A stretch of DNA of 62,980 nt, filler included, from Choristocarpus tenellus KU-1152 (GCA_964200185.2; 9 parts of 9 records of this genome joined end to end with filler, not necessarily neighbours in it), one strand, 5' to 3'. Shown: positions 1 through 13,341, counted from the whole stretch's first letter. Made by a program: numbers and translations. The notes: generated by a model from the letters alone, not told the origin.

Positions 1-127
1 ATACTGTTAGATTTTTTGGATTTTGTTTTTTTCCTTTCCGAGGGGGGAAGGTTGCCCTTTTCCGCCCCCCCCCCCCCCCCCCCCATCACTAGTTCACACT
101 GCTGCTTTTCTCCTCTGATGCCTGTAG

Positions 128-224
128 GATTTCCGACGCAACCCTGTGGGTACTGTTATGGATGCAGCCATGGCGATGGTCAGCCGTATGGGCAGGATAC
201 TGGGGTTGATGGACTTTATGAGGA
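128..224 (+). CDS. Isolated candidate exon of an unidentified gene (DFRRNPVGTVMDAAMAMVSRMGRILGLMDFMR)
   Basis: Pyrimidine-rich stretch, then ctgtag| acceptor at 126-127 and |gtaag donor at 225. Open in this frame and compositionally exon-like. No family recognised and no partner exon found. Confidence 0.35.
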
Positions 225-2199
225 GTAAGAACAATTGAATTGATTACGCATTAGTGATGGGGAGCCTGAAGCACCCGTTGGGGCCCTCCCTCTCTCAGGT
301 TGCCCAGCTAGCCATTGCCCTACTGCAATGCTATCTCTGGGAAGGGCGATTGCAGCAGATCTCATGAAGTGAAGTGAAGAGGCACTTGTATTTGGCCTAC
401 TGAATCAGAGTCGTGGAAAGTCTTGAGAATCATTTTTATGTTTATTTTGTTTGTGTTTTTCCAGTGGCAAGATAGATCATGACCATGCTTATGTTTGATG
501 TAGGGCCAGCAAGTGAGAACATCGTACATACTAGTACCAAACTTGGTACAATGCAGCTTTGTACTGCGTAATACTAGAGCTATTGTGTAATAGTAAATTG
601 ATTTCTCTCTTCACCAAGTGGATGATAAAGTCAGGAAGGAGGGGGTTGGGAGGGTGGCGGGGTGGGGGGGGGGTGGGTGGGAAAGAAGAGAGATCTGTAA
701 ATCTTTCATGTTTTTGGACTTTCTTTTCTTTTTTGTATGTGAGTATATGTTGGACACAGTGTGTTGGTGTGTTGCATGTTTAAAATACGTTGTTGGGCTT
801 TGTTTTTTATATTCGAGAAAGCTGCAACAGCAGTGGTGTGGTGATATCTGTAGCGCACAAGTGGAATATTATTGTGGTGATGTATTGTAACCCCAGACAT
901 TGGCCTCTGAAGTGGCTGTTGTAGTGTGCAAAGACCTGTGTCATGAGTTTTTTTACAGATATTTGCTGTGATATATATATATATATCCATCCTGATATTT
1001 TAGTGGGTAAAGCAAGTCTTGAAGGCAAGATTTTTTTTTGTCATGCAAAAAGAGAATGTCCCATTGTGCAAAAGACTTTTTACATTAGTTTTTAGGAAAA
1101 AATTATATAATGTTTTTTGAGCATTTGGTCAGGTTAAGGGACTTCCTGGAAAGGTTTGGGTCGCCGACAGTTTTCCACCAATCAGAGACAAGTTCTTCTC
1201 CCAGAAAAAGAAAAATACACTCTGGATAAAATAATAATAGAAAAATAGTACAATTATACTTTTCAAATAATCCTAAGCTCAGGAGTTGCCTTTGATGTTT
1301 ATGCTCATATTTTGAAAGAGATACTAGCAGCAATTGCATCTATCTCCAAGTGCTGACAACTTTACCAACTGTGCACAGTAAGGATACATGAAATTAAGCT
1401 AGAGAGTGAGCTGCTTTGAGTATGATACAATTCTATTTATGGGATGTATATGTGACTTTAGTATTAATACCAGTTTTTGGCCATTGGACAAGGAGTCAAG
1501 ATTATTATTATTGTTTTTATGTTTTGACTTTATTCTTGGGATTGTCCTGATCCGTGGTCAGAGGCACAACACAGTAGAGCCAAATCAATTTAGAGGTAGG
1601 CAAGTTTGAATACTTTAGCATTCTAAGTCATCTTACCCTGTGCAATACACTATTTCGTTACATTATGCGCAGAATAGTGTGTGCAAAATTGATATTCCCC
1701 CCTTCCACACACAAGGTGAAACAACAACTCAGCAAGGACTCTTCCTGCAATTCTACAAAGTACTATGTTTTTTTACCCTTTCTCGGGACCCTTAAAGTGC
1801 AAGCCTGCCTACCTCAGTTAGTATGACTCACTGCACCATTTCCCACAGTAATAACTGTGACTAGCTCTTGTACTACTACAGCCGTTGATCATTTTACTGC
1901 CTCTGCTCATGCCTTGCTTCTTTCATGTTGGGTTCAGCAACCCCGCCGCTTGTCATTCTGCCTACTCCCTCAAATCTTGTGTTGAACTTGCCTCAGTATT
2001 GTCAGATGCAACCATAACGCTACCAAAGGACTTGAGCATCAGGTTGGAATCACTGTATGATATTTGTAGTGATATTGTAACAATATCATGACTGATGGGA
2101 GAAGAAATGATGTCAATCCAAAGGTTTGGGGTCTAAACTCTTTTCTTTTTTTTTCTCATGTACTTGGATAGAATTAAAGCGAGTCGTAAACAATCGTTG

Positions 2200-5100
2200 T
2201 TGGGTCTAGCTAACCTCATCTAGCTTCTCTGTTCTTCTGTCGAGATGTACCTTCCACGATGTTGGGGCTTTGTCCCCTTACCCCCTTCACAAGAAAGTGA
2301 AAGCAAAGAACGGCAGGCAAGTGTTAAGATTTGTGAGAAGTAAACAATCCAATAGTCCACCTGTACCATAAGTCTGCGACGTCAAGGTGTAAGTTTGTTG
2401 ATGACCTCCGATGCCTTTCAGAAGCCGTTTCTTACCGAGAGGTAACGCTAAAGCGTAACGTACAGTCAGTGCATTTAGACCTTCCTCGCTCAGCTCACAT
2501 TTCTCCCTGGTGGGTCGATGGGCGTTGCAGACTTACAGGATCGAGGTAGTGTATTTTAAAGTAATCGCTCGGTTTTTAGTGTGTCGATTATCTTCAATTG
2601 AATTTAACTGGAGCGATTTACAACACGATAAAAAGAAGGGATCAGAAACTGTACACTCAGTACAAGAAGTAATATATTGACATGTTGTACTATCATAATG
2701 CTATTTTTTTTGCTCAAAATACAAGTTACTCCCTCTCGCTTCTGAGTTTCCTCAATATTTCTCAACTTCCGTGCACTCACTATGCGAAATCAACTTCGTA
2801 TACCGTCCCTTATCCTTGTCAATGTATTAAATGGCGATCGATGTGGACTGCAGAAAAATAGCCAGGAAAGGAAATGCCAAAGCGTTGAAATGCTTGAAAG
2901 TAGCTTCTGTTCATGATGAACTGACGTGGTCGTTCCCACAAAACCCTAGGATATTTCTACCGAAGTAGGCTACTGGACAGGCAGGCGTGTGGACATTCCA
3001 TCGTCCGAAACATTACAGCAGTTCCTGTGGATGCTTGTATTATTTCGATGTAAGCACTAAAATGAAGGTGGGAAAAACCCCTGGTCATTGGTCGCACTTG
3101 ACTATTATTGTGGAATGAGGTGTGTGGAATTTTTTTTTTCACATGTTGAGGATAAAAACCAGAGGTAGAAGAAGAGTTTTACGATCGTCACCACCGTATG
3201 AAAAGGTTTACCTTTCACTTTCATGTACGGTCGGAGGATTGTGAGGTGTACTTGAGGACTTTCTTGTCTATCACCCAAACAATTCATTACAGTAGTAGGA
3301 TGGAGCCTTGGGTAGTGTGTAATGTTTCCTCAACATGTCAGGATAGTCCATGGACTGAAGCGGCAACGATTAAACCCAACCCTACAAAGCTTAGCCTTAA
3401 TGGAAAATTTTCATAATATTGTGAATGATTGAGCCTACTTGCTCATTGTTGAAGTGTACTTTAATTTGGGGTAGCTGACTGGAGTTCACAAAGCTGTTCC
3501 ATTCATTATTCAACCACTCAGAACACTGAATCGAATATGGTCCCAGTTAACCCTTCCAATTTAGTGCAATTGCAATCAACTATTTTGGATAATGATGGTC
3601 TGAACATATTTCCTATTTCAAGATCGGACCCAAGTGGAAGTGGGTACCAATGTGAAAGTACTGCATCCTTCGCTATTGCTTATTGTTCTATTTAGGTCAT
3701 GTGCTCTCACTTGGGATGATGCGTTTTAAAAGTGGAAACTGGACAGTAGCTAAAGATTGAAATACAAAATAAATACTCTGAGCACTTTGTCAAACAAATG
3801 AGTTGCAAGGTTGTTTAGAAAAAGTAGTTTCTTCCTACCGATTTTTTTAATTTCAGAATGAAAAACAACAATGTTGAAACCTCATCTCTCCTGGGCGTTT
3901 GCCCCAACATAAACACCCTTGCCATCAAGATACTTCATATGGTGGATGTCAAATTTCGTAGTAGGAAGCCAATCAACAGGTGAGCTGGGAAGGTGCAACC
4001 TCCACTTCGATTAGGACCAGGACCAGGAGGCAAAAGCTCAGTTTGAAAAAGAGTCAATTTCTGGGCACATAAAAGCAAGCATAGGCACACATTGTTCAAA
4101 TGGAGCATCAAACAATCCTATCTTCTTGAGTGCAGTGTATATCACAGCACCGGCTCTATAAAGCTAGGGTGACAAAAAGATGGGTCGTATCCTCCCCAAA
4201 TTCCTGTTCAGGAAGGATGTTGAGGATAGGGATTTAAAATGGGCGTATCTGCACTTTAGAGCACCACAATAAACAGGAGATATTTGCTGTGCAGGTTAAT
4301 GAATGGAGTATTCACATCATCACCAGCCCTCACGGAGCTTCTCCTCCTTCACATTGAGCATAGTCCCCCACTCCGGTGTTCCTGGGAACGCCACAGGGGA
4401 CATCAAATACTTGTAGAGGACCTCACTAATGCTACCGCATTGCCTTCCTTCAGCCTCCATCATCATCCAAGGGATTGTTGCTCTGCCACGTACTGGATCT
4501 TCACTGGGGCAGAATGAGAGATGCCTTTGTTAATGTCCCGAACCATTCCAAGATGTAAATTGATGCATGTTCATTGTCATTATTGACAGTTCATTGCCAA
4601 GGGAGGGGAAAAGGGGAAGGTCAGAGGGAGAGGGGAGGGGAGGGGAGGCGTATTGTAGTCAGGGGTTGTGTTCTTGAGGGATCAAGACATCACTAGAGGA
4701 AGGAGTTGAGGGTGGGGAAGGGCAATCCGGTTGAGTTTCAGCACTAGTGAGGTAAACAAACAGTAGCCCGTGAGGAACAGGTTTTTAAGCAAAGTTCTAA
4801 ACCCAACAGTACAGTCTATTCCCCTTCACCTGCTGCACTCAACTCTACCAAGCAAAATCGAAATACTTCAATCAGGTAAGTTTTGTCATACACGCACAAA
4901 ACGCGTGGTGAGCGCATTAGCAACACAAAACGGAAATAGTCAGTGGGGTTGGTTGGGGTCATAGCCATGCATAGACTGGGATAGGAAGTACAGCTTTCAT
5001 TAAAAAATATAAAAAGTGAAAATATAAAAAGTGAAGGATTATTACCGGGCAACACACCAGCTTCGAAAACTACCATTCCTTACAGGTGTTTACAATTGTT

Positions 5101-6550
5101 GCTCCTTACTGTGTAGCTTGAGGTAGAACAATGCCATCTGGAGTGACTCAAGTACACAACAGCTGTACTAATTGATCAATTGATTTGTGAGCAACTCCCG
5201 GACCTGAGCAACATATCATTGAAGTCATGTCTCTATCAGTGCAGGAGTGCGTTTGAGGCACGTTGTACAGTGTGACCAGCTCCAGTTATGAGGTCAATTA
5301 CAACCTATAACCTGTGCGATTTGCTCAACTCAGGGGCAACAAATCCAATAGATCAATTATACATTACTGTCAGTCTCTAACTTGCGGACAAGAAGGGGCA
5401 TGGTGTGGTCTTACAAGTTTCAAAGATGTTAAGAGACGACAAAACATTATCCAAATGATACATTATTCAAATGAATGGCACATGGCAAGAGGGTTTTCGC
5501 TCCCTATTTGTCATTGACAGTGCCCAAGAACAGACTATATTGCACCAAACCCTGCAACCTGGGAAATTTGATACCTTGGCATCACACGAAACTCTACAAT
5601 TATAACTCCCCCCTAGTGCTTGACAACTTTATCGTGAAAAAGAGAACGATGGAAGTTAGGTGGCAACAGGAACGTCCATCACCTGACGTCCTCGGGAAGG
5701 AGTGCACCACGGAGTAGAAGAGCTAGTGTCACCGCGACCAAGACTTTGCTTCCAGTGCTCTCTGATCCGTCGACACCAGCGGAGAGTGCTGTTGGGGAAG
5801 CTGTAGGTAGATTTGCGCGCCATCTTCCGATTTCTCTTCTGAACAACACGGACAATAGGTGAAATGTTTCTTCTATTTTGGTCAAATATAGATGGATACC
5901 ATTTAAGGTGGTTCGTGTTCCCTTAGACGGGTGGCGCAGAGTTAATGGGAATCAGAGACCCTACATATCTAGGGACGGAAGAACTGCAGAATGAGTTAGG
6001 ATGAAGGGCTTGGACTCTATAGTTGAGTTGACTGTCTCCTCTAGGAAGAAGGGGGGGATGTGTGCACTTGGCCCACGAAAATTAGACAAAGGCACCCCGA
6101 TGAAATCAGGGGTTGTATGGAGTGAGGCAAGGGTCAACGTACTACAGCAGCAACGGCAGAGCATTCATTCCAAACAAAAAGTATAACATAGCAAATGGGA
6201 GATTCTAGATTTAACTCATTCTCGAAGGGTGACCCGAAGAATTAAATATACAGGGGATACCAACTAGCATTTTCCTCTAGACCGACTAAGGTAAATGGGA
6301 ATATCAAGACGACTCCCACCTGTCTGCATATTGGAAGGAACTTGCAGTCCTAAATTCCTTTCTTGTTCTTACAGACAAGCGGACGTTAAAAGCGCTTGCC
6401 AGACCTGTTGGGGGGGGATAAAGGTGCGTACGTGTCAGCTCTCACTCCTATTACTCTGCACAGTCTGTCTTTGAAGATCGACATGCTAGAAACTAGACGT
6501 CTCTAGAGCAGTCATGCAATTCTCGCAAGTTTTAGGCAGTAATCATCACG
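2200..6550 (-). mobile_element. Decayed retroelement, probably tyrosine-recombinase (DIRS/Ngaro-like)
   Basis: Minus-strand frameshifted remnants in gag-RT-YR order: a Cys/His cluster near 4740-4795, RT-like pieces (ASIYILEWF ~4550; PMLAFM..LLPPG ~4030-4090; HMKYLDG, YLDD-like, ~3930) and a YR-like KYNKHP..GRW..ACPVAYF near 2960-3050. Many stops; boundaries approximate. Confidence 0.5.
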
Positions 6551-6934
6551 TCCACCAACAGAAAGGAGAAGAATACCACGTCAAAGTCGTCTATATCTGT
6601 AGTGTACAGGAACAACATGTGTAATATCTCTCCATCCAAAATAGAGAAATTAACACACAGTTTACAAAACAGAGCGTACATCTCACCCGCCAGGAATACC
6701 GTCACTAACCCCACATAACCCAATGAGAAAGCCTTCATATTAGAGTGGAGTACCGACGGAGAAAGGGGGGCAAGTATGTGTCCAGCAATCAACCAAAAAG
6801 GATGTGAAGTGTCCTAGGTTTAAAACAGGAAGGAGTTGTTGAGTAAGTTTCCCAAAGGTTTGCCGTTACACGGCTAGTGTTCAGATTAGAAAGTTCTTTC
6901 CAAAAAATCCTTTTGTTTTGCTCTCGAATTCTGG

Positions 6935-6985
<51 letters not shown>

Positions 6986-6990
6986 TTATT
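6935..6990. repeat. (TTA)n microsatellite
   Basis: Direct reading; source of the poly-Leu ORF 6918..7154. Confidence 0.95.
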
Positions 6991-7043
6991 CTACATTTGT
7001 ATTCCTCCCTATTCCCTTTTCTCCCTATATTCTAACAACCCTT

Positions 7044-7421
7044 GTGACCAACCAATGCGACCTCTTCGCCACTGATTTCCAGTCACCCCCACATCTGATG
7101 ACCAACCAGGGTGAATCCCCTTCGCCCCTGATTTCCAGTCACCCCCACAGCTGATGACCAACCAGGGTGAACCCCCTTCGCCCTTGATTTCCAGTCGCCC
7201 CCACATCTGATGACCAACCAGGGCGAACCCCCTTCACCCTTGATTTCCAGTCACCCCCCCGTATCCGATGACCAACCAGTGCGATCCCTTTCGCCACTGA
7301 TTTCCGATCTCTACCACCCCTTTCAACCCCACTCAACCCCACACCAGTTACCACTTCAGTCAACCCCACCCCACTTACCATTCCAGTCAACCCCACACCA
7401 GTTACCACTCCAGTCAACCCC
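7044..7421. repeat. Compound minisatellite: five ~56-bp units, then ~27-bp units
   Basis: Unit tgaccaaccag..cccttcgcccctgatttccagtcacccccacatctga starts at ~7045, 7099, 7155, 7211 and 7269. It is followed by tcaaccccacaccagttaccactccag units up to the contig end. Confidence 0.9.
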
Positions 7422-7521
7422 NNNNNNNNNNNNNNNNNNNNNNNNNNNNNNNNNNNNNNNNNNNNTTAATTAATTAANNNNNNNNNNNNNNNNNNNNNNN
7501 NNNNNNNNNNNNNNNNNNNNN
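7422..7521. other. Artificial contig linker (N44-TTAATTAATTAA-N44)
   Basis: Six-frame stop spacer flanked by Ns. Identical linkers at 13625-13724, 20260-20359, 28839-28938, 33592-33691, 37301-37400, 44366-44465 and 60016-60115. Confidence 0.99.
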
Positions 7522-7730
7522 CCTTGTTGCTCGTCATCCTTCCCCTTCTATTTTTTTTTTTTTTGGGGGGGGGGTGGTTGTGCGTATTATGACTCTTGAT
7601 GTGACAAATGATTCTTCATACTTTGGAACAATGAAACTGTTTACTTTTTTGTTTTAAAAATGATATCTCACTGCCTTCTTTTTTTTAATTTGTGTTTTTT
7701 CATTTTTTTTCCCCCGGGTGACCGTAACAG

Positions 7731-10520
7731 CTTTGGTTCTACAAGCAAGCTCAACAGAAAGGCTCAGAGGTTCCTCACGGTGAGTATTTCTTTCTTTATT
7801 TTTTGTGTTCCTCTTTTGTGCACAATAATTAACCTGAATCAACTCTCTTGCTTTGAAAAGGAACTGTCTGCATTGGACAAAATAAATGATGAGCTCAAAA
7901 AAAAAAAGGTAACTTGTGTCATTCTCACTGTTTAAAAAGTATTGTGTGTGTGTGTGTGTATGAAACAGTACGAGCTTTTTTGATTGAATTTTATTTTTTA
8001 TGTGAAAATGATTGTAATGCCGCCCCGGAAGGTTAAAATCCGTTACCCTAACCCTAACTCTGTTTACAGATGGCGGTGGAGAAGACAGGGGCGGCGCTTC
8101 CACTTTTGGTGCTGTCTGCTCATCAGAAAAACTGTCTGATTTTCCAAGGCGGTTCTTTGATGGATCAGATGAAGGGCATACAACCTCCTCCCCTCAAGGT
8201 AAACAAGGATAGCGCTACTAGCCTAACTACTACTGCAGTTTTTTGGAATTGATTTAGGGTTACGGTTTAAGGTGTTATTGTTAGGTGGGGGTGTGGGATT
8301 TTTAATTATCATGTAGAGTAGATTGAGATTTGTGTTTTTGGGCGAAAGGATTAGGGTGTTTGTTTTATAGAGGACATTTTGAAATTTGGGGTGTTTTTAA
8401 CACGATGATGAGATACTATCCTCTTGTGTCTCTACCTATGGTGAGGCCGGGTGAATTGGGTGCCTTCTGAGATGTTGGAACAAGTTGGGGTAGGGAGAAG
8501 TAAATAGTACTGGGGGGTGGGGCATGATGGGGGACATGGCATGAAAGGAGTTATCTCACAACGTACGATGTAACCTTTTTGTGTGTGTATATCAAGTTGA
8601 AGAATTGTTTATAGGGGATAGTTTTGATTTGTTCTTTATTTTGATATATTTTTGGTTTTGGATTCTGGTACCCCTCAAGGGCGAATGAAGGCTGTGAGTA
8701 GGAATTAGAGGTTAGGGTAAGGGCTGTGGGATTTTATCTAGGGTTAGGGTGGTGTGCTGTTGAGATATTCTACTGGTGGAGGTGTTTAACCTTGCTTTTG
8801 TGACAGGGTGAGAAGACCGTTTTGATGACCCTGGTGTCGATGTAGTGTGGATGGAATCTTTGGTAATGGGGTCTGTATGGGATATTGGCTTAGAATGGAT
8901 TTGTGTTACATGCATGTACTAAAATATGTTGCATTGATTGAGTTATTGTGTTGTGTGTGAGTGGGAGTACACTTGAAAAGCTAGTCGAAGACATGTCTTT
9001 GCTGCAGAGGAGTTGTTAGTGATAGAGTTGACACGTTACATGCAATGTTCATCCACCATGTTCAGGCGTTGTAACAAGGAATGCGGCAGGATCTAAATAG
9101 TCAGATAGTACTGTTTGATTGTCCTTTTGTCTGATTTTCTGTTAGGATAGTATGGTCAGCTTGTTCTTTGAGTTGCTCTTCCCTTCCCATACTGCCCCCT
9201 GTCCATCCTAGTTGTTCATTAAACAACCTGAAAAANNNNNNNNNNCTATGAATTGCCAGAGAGGAAAAACAGGTCTTCACTTGGACACATGAAGGACTAG
9301 ATTTTTCGCTTTGAACAAAAACCCTCAAAGTCTTCTTATTTTCATTAGTTTTGTCACCTGGTACATGTGTAACTCTCTGAGCACATGTTGTCCTTGTTGT
9401 AACCCCACTTTTGTTTTCTAGTATTGTATACTACCAACTGTTAGTATGTGTGTGAAGGTATCTAAATAATCTTGACACCTGGTTTGTTTGATACCCTCAC
9501 TTTGGTGCTGGTGCTGGTGCTGGTGACAGGTATTGTGTCACCTCTATGATGAGACTCACACCACTATGCTGCAGATTGCTCAGTTCATGGGTCTTCCTGG
9601 AGCCAGAGCGTGGTTCTCAAAGTCCTGTCCAAGCCTCACAGACTTGGTAATCTCCCACTTAGCTCCGTTGTGGAGAAGGTTATGCCCATCAATGCTGTGT
9701 GTATTTTTTGTGAATTGGAGTAGGATTATTTTCTCTTTCTCCAGTCCTTTTTAGGCAGTAGTTTAGTGAGAGTCCCTGTATGGCAGGTACTGCTAGGTAA
9801 TGATTTGGGACTTAGTTACAGGCTCTTTGAAGCCTTGATCCTTGACAAGTTAAAGTCCACTAGATAATTGCGTTAGTGTATTGTATTGCTGATGTTTTTG
9901 CTAAGGTGTCTGTACAGGTGTTAAATCATCTGTGTATTTTGCAATTATATATATATATATATATGTGTGTCTGTGTATTGTTTGTTATGCTTGGGATGTG
10001 TATGCACTACCATTGTTACTTATTTTTATTTATCTTTATTTATTTGCTGTGGTAGGTATTTATGCTATTGTATGTCGTGACTACTTCTACAGTTCAAGGT
10101 TGTTCTTGCTGCCTGATTGTATTGAAGTGGGCTGGTTGATAACAATGTCCCATGGGTAACTTTGTTGCTCCCATGGAGGTCTTAGCTTGTAGCATGGCAT
10201 AAAGTTTGATGAATACACTTTTGTGGGTTAACAATTGAAAGAAGCTATAGCAAGCAAGTGCAGTAGTATGTGTGAATGATGATACCTCAACTGCTGCCTT
10301 TCATAGTGTATTCAGGCATGGACTGGTACTTGTCAGGGATTATAGCTCTTCCTCCCTTGTGTCCCATCCTTGCCTTGGTGCTAATTAAAAATATACATAC
10401 TAGAGGTAAATGTTTCTTCATCCAAACTTTACGGTGTCTAAGGTTTGGTTTCAGGTTGAAGGTATCCACTCATAGTATATCTCACATTTTGATTCCACTC
10501 CCACATCAAACTGAACAACC

Positions 10521-10589
<69 letters not shown>

Positions 10590-10591
10590 AC

Positions 10592-10622
<31 letters not shown>

Positions 10623-13341
10623 ATCACTCCCCACCCTTTGCACCATGGCACGATATTATTAGTTTTAACTTTATTATTACTATTATTTTTTAATATTATT
10701 ATTATTATTATTGTGGTTAACTGTGACCGTATTCACTCTTTAAAACTGTATTGACAGGTGAAGAAGTACGGGCTGGAGCCGAGAGTGGCATTTCACATAG
10801 TTCGTCCATTAGTTAGGATGGCGTTGCTCAAGAAGTGGGGACTAACTGTGCAGACTGCTGATGTGAGTGAGCAAGAGTGTTCTCAGTACTGTTGGATGCG
10901 TTTGCGTGTACGCCCGAGTTCATTTCTTGGAAAAAATAAAGTTGACTACTGTGTCTTGTGTTTTTTTTTGTTTCAAATAGTGTGAATCTTCTCCTGTTCA
11001 AATAGTGTGAATCTTCTCCTGTGCGAGCTGAATGTCTCCGGTGTCTCCGGTTTTGACAGAGTGCACACACATGCACACAATACATGTATGACATGAATTT
11101 GTTGCATACTTCTGTGATTGCTCTGCACACATCTTATGCTTTTTTGTGCGTGGTTTTGTGGTTGGCGGGTGACGTTTCTTGCGCAGTTCTTTTTCACTGG
11201 TTGAATGTTTTTTTTTAAAATTTCTGACACTGGATTTGTTTTCATGCGTTAATAAGGTACTCTAATCTGAATTGAACAATTTTTTGATACTTTTTTTTTA
11301 ATGTTATGTGGTGTGATTTGGGTTGCTTCCGTAATGTGAGGGGTGTACTTCATGGCAGGCGTTTTACTGCTCCGAATATTAAGGGGAGGTGGGAGATCAC
11401 GTCAATCCCCTGTTCTACCTAGGTGTCTATTTGTTGCTGTTGTTGGTGTGACTGGGGCAAAAGGTGGTGTGGTGACCCAGACAGTCAATACTCCATGCTT
11501 GTTGGGTTTTGGAAGGAGAATGATGAAAAGGTTGAGGTTGTTATAGGGGTGTAGGGGTTTGTTGGTACACAAGGTAGAATCGATGGCCTGTTGGCATGTT
11601 GAACTGCAAATGAGTTGGTCTACTTGCTCTGTTAGACACTGGTTTGAACAGTTTGCAGGAAGTGCTCTTTTTGGGGTGCACAAGGTGGGTATAAGATTTT
11701 ATTCATTTTTGTGGGAGTGTTGCGAGAGTCCATTCCGAGGTTACCCTAAAATGAAATGTCGGCAAAGTTGACTCTCTTCTACTGATTTATTTTTATTCTG
11801 TGCTGCCTGCTGCAAAGCCGGAAGGAACACCTTCCCAATGATGCGGTACTTTTGTACTTTTTCCTCGTACGTTTGAATCGCTTGATTTGATGCTGAGCAT
11901 AGGGGGGTGTAATTGTTAACTGGTTGCTCTTCCTTGTTGTTCAGACAACTTTTGTTGTTGTTGTTGATGTTGTCAGAGGCATTGAGGTTGTTCTTTGCTC
12001 CTGAGTTTGTAGTTCCATTTGGGGTCTTGGTGGGGACTGTGGGTTGTGATTTTTTTTATATTTTTGGTGTTTGCCTTTCCCGATATGGATGGCGTTGGTG
12101 TCGGTGGCGATTCCTGGAGGGAGGCAGGTCAATAGTTGAGCACGGCAAGAAGAGCTCGATTGATTGAGAGTAGAAAACTGTTTAGGTTGATTCCATCATC
12201 GTTTGAAATATGTTAATGGCCTTGGGTGTCAGTGAGTCATCGGTGAAGCATCGTTTCAAGCGGAGTGGGTGTTGTACTGGGTGTTGGACAGTTTTGTTTT
12301 TTTTCGTTGAAGATGAGAAGCAACAGTAACAGTGTAGTTAGAAGAGGAGCAATTTGCTTGAGATTATGGTGATATTAGTGGCCATGCATGAGGCTTGAAG
12401 TATCTTGGGGGAGTAGTATCTTGAGGGAGGGGGTGGTCTACGCCAGGGTGTCCATTTGGGCCCTGACCAGGAGGAGTACAGTTACATTATCCATCCGACA
12501 CATGCAACCAAATCACACAAAAATCCCGACATGGAAAAATGGTCCTGAAATGGACAGCCGCCGCTGCTGCTGTCAGCCCCTCCCCCCCAGCCCCGCCCCC
12601 CACCCCCCAGATACTTTGAACCATAAGGATGCTATTAGAAACGAATTTGTCATGGGTACTCCTACTCAATCTGGGAATAGTTTGGTAATGTCTATAATAT
12701 GCAATGATTGCATATTATAGTGTGCCATGACCAACCACTATGCTGTAGTGAGCAATAAGTCACCATTATCAATACAAACACGATACAGAAGTGACTCACA
12801 GTTCTATGCCTCACCCCCATGGCACCCACCCACCCCCTTCCCTGACCTGACTGCTGCCAAGATGGTATGGTAGGAGCATTTGAGATTGCAGGGTGAAATG
12901 TAAGTTAATGTAACTTGGGAAGTTACACCGAGTGACTCTTTTTCTCTTTTTTTTTTTTGACCCTGTTCCTAAGCTTCAATCTACATACGACATTTCACTG
13001 AAAAGGATTAAAATAACAATAACAACGCCAATATTATTATTAATAATAATAATAATAATATAACAGAAAAAGGATTCGCCCAAGGACAAGACGAGTAAGG
13101 ATGACAAGAAGTCTGCAAGTGCCAGTAAGGGCACTACAGGGTCGGGTACGGGCAGTGGAGGGTGCTCTGGAGCTAAGACAGCGTCAGGGATGGGAGGGGG
13201 AAACGAGGAGAAGGCAGTTGAGCCACCATCACGTTGGGATCCAGATGTGTTGTGCAGTGAAGTCAAGACCCTTATGCCTGGGGAGGAGACCTGGAAACAT
13301 CTGTCTCCGAAGCTGTATCTGACTTTCTGGGCGTTGTCTCT
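7731..13341 (+). CDS. THOC2: THO complex subunit 2, partial internal segment; exons 7731-7779, 8070-8198, 9530-9646, 10758-10862, 13067-13341
   Basis: All GT-AG and phase-compatible. Spliced protein: FGSTSKLNRKAQRFLT|MAVEKTGAALPLLVLSAHQKNCLIFQ..PLK|VLCHLYDETHTTMLQIAQFM..PSLTDL|VKKYGLEPRVAFHIVRPL..|..TWKHLSPKLYLTFWALSL. This matches THOC2 landmarks LALPLCLLMAQQRNGVIF, KLYDQCHDTLVQF, AFFLSRP and WDDISPQFYATFWSL in the correct order. Confidence 0.9.
10522..10622. repeat. ~100-bp poly-C tract in a THOC2 intron
   Basis: Direct reading; exact length may be an assembly artefact. Confidence 0.85.
12392..12622. mobile_element. ~230-bp MITE (family A), near-complete copy in a THOC2 intron
   Basis: Ends ggcttgaagtatcttgggg ... 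ccccagatactttgaacc form terminal inverted repeats. The internal gtctacgccagggtgtccatttgg is shared with copies at 17453-17695, 20212-20259, 59856-60015; a terminal piece is at 28939-28960. Confidence 0.8.

Noticed and set aside
10276-10662. Poly-Pro/poly-Gly ORFs (formin- or extensin-like), and similarly the poly-Leu, VRVR/GLGL and KHTSYITNI ORFs
   Set aside because: These are translations of homopolymers, microsatellites and minisatellites within introns.
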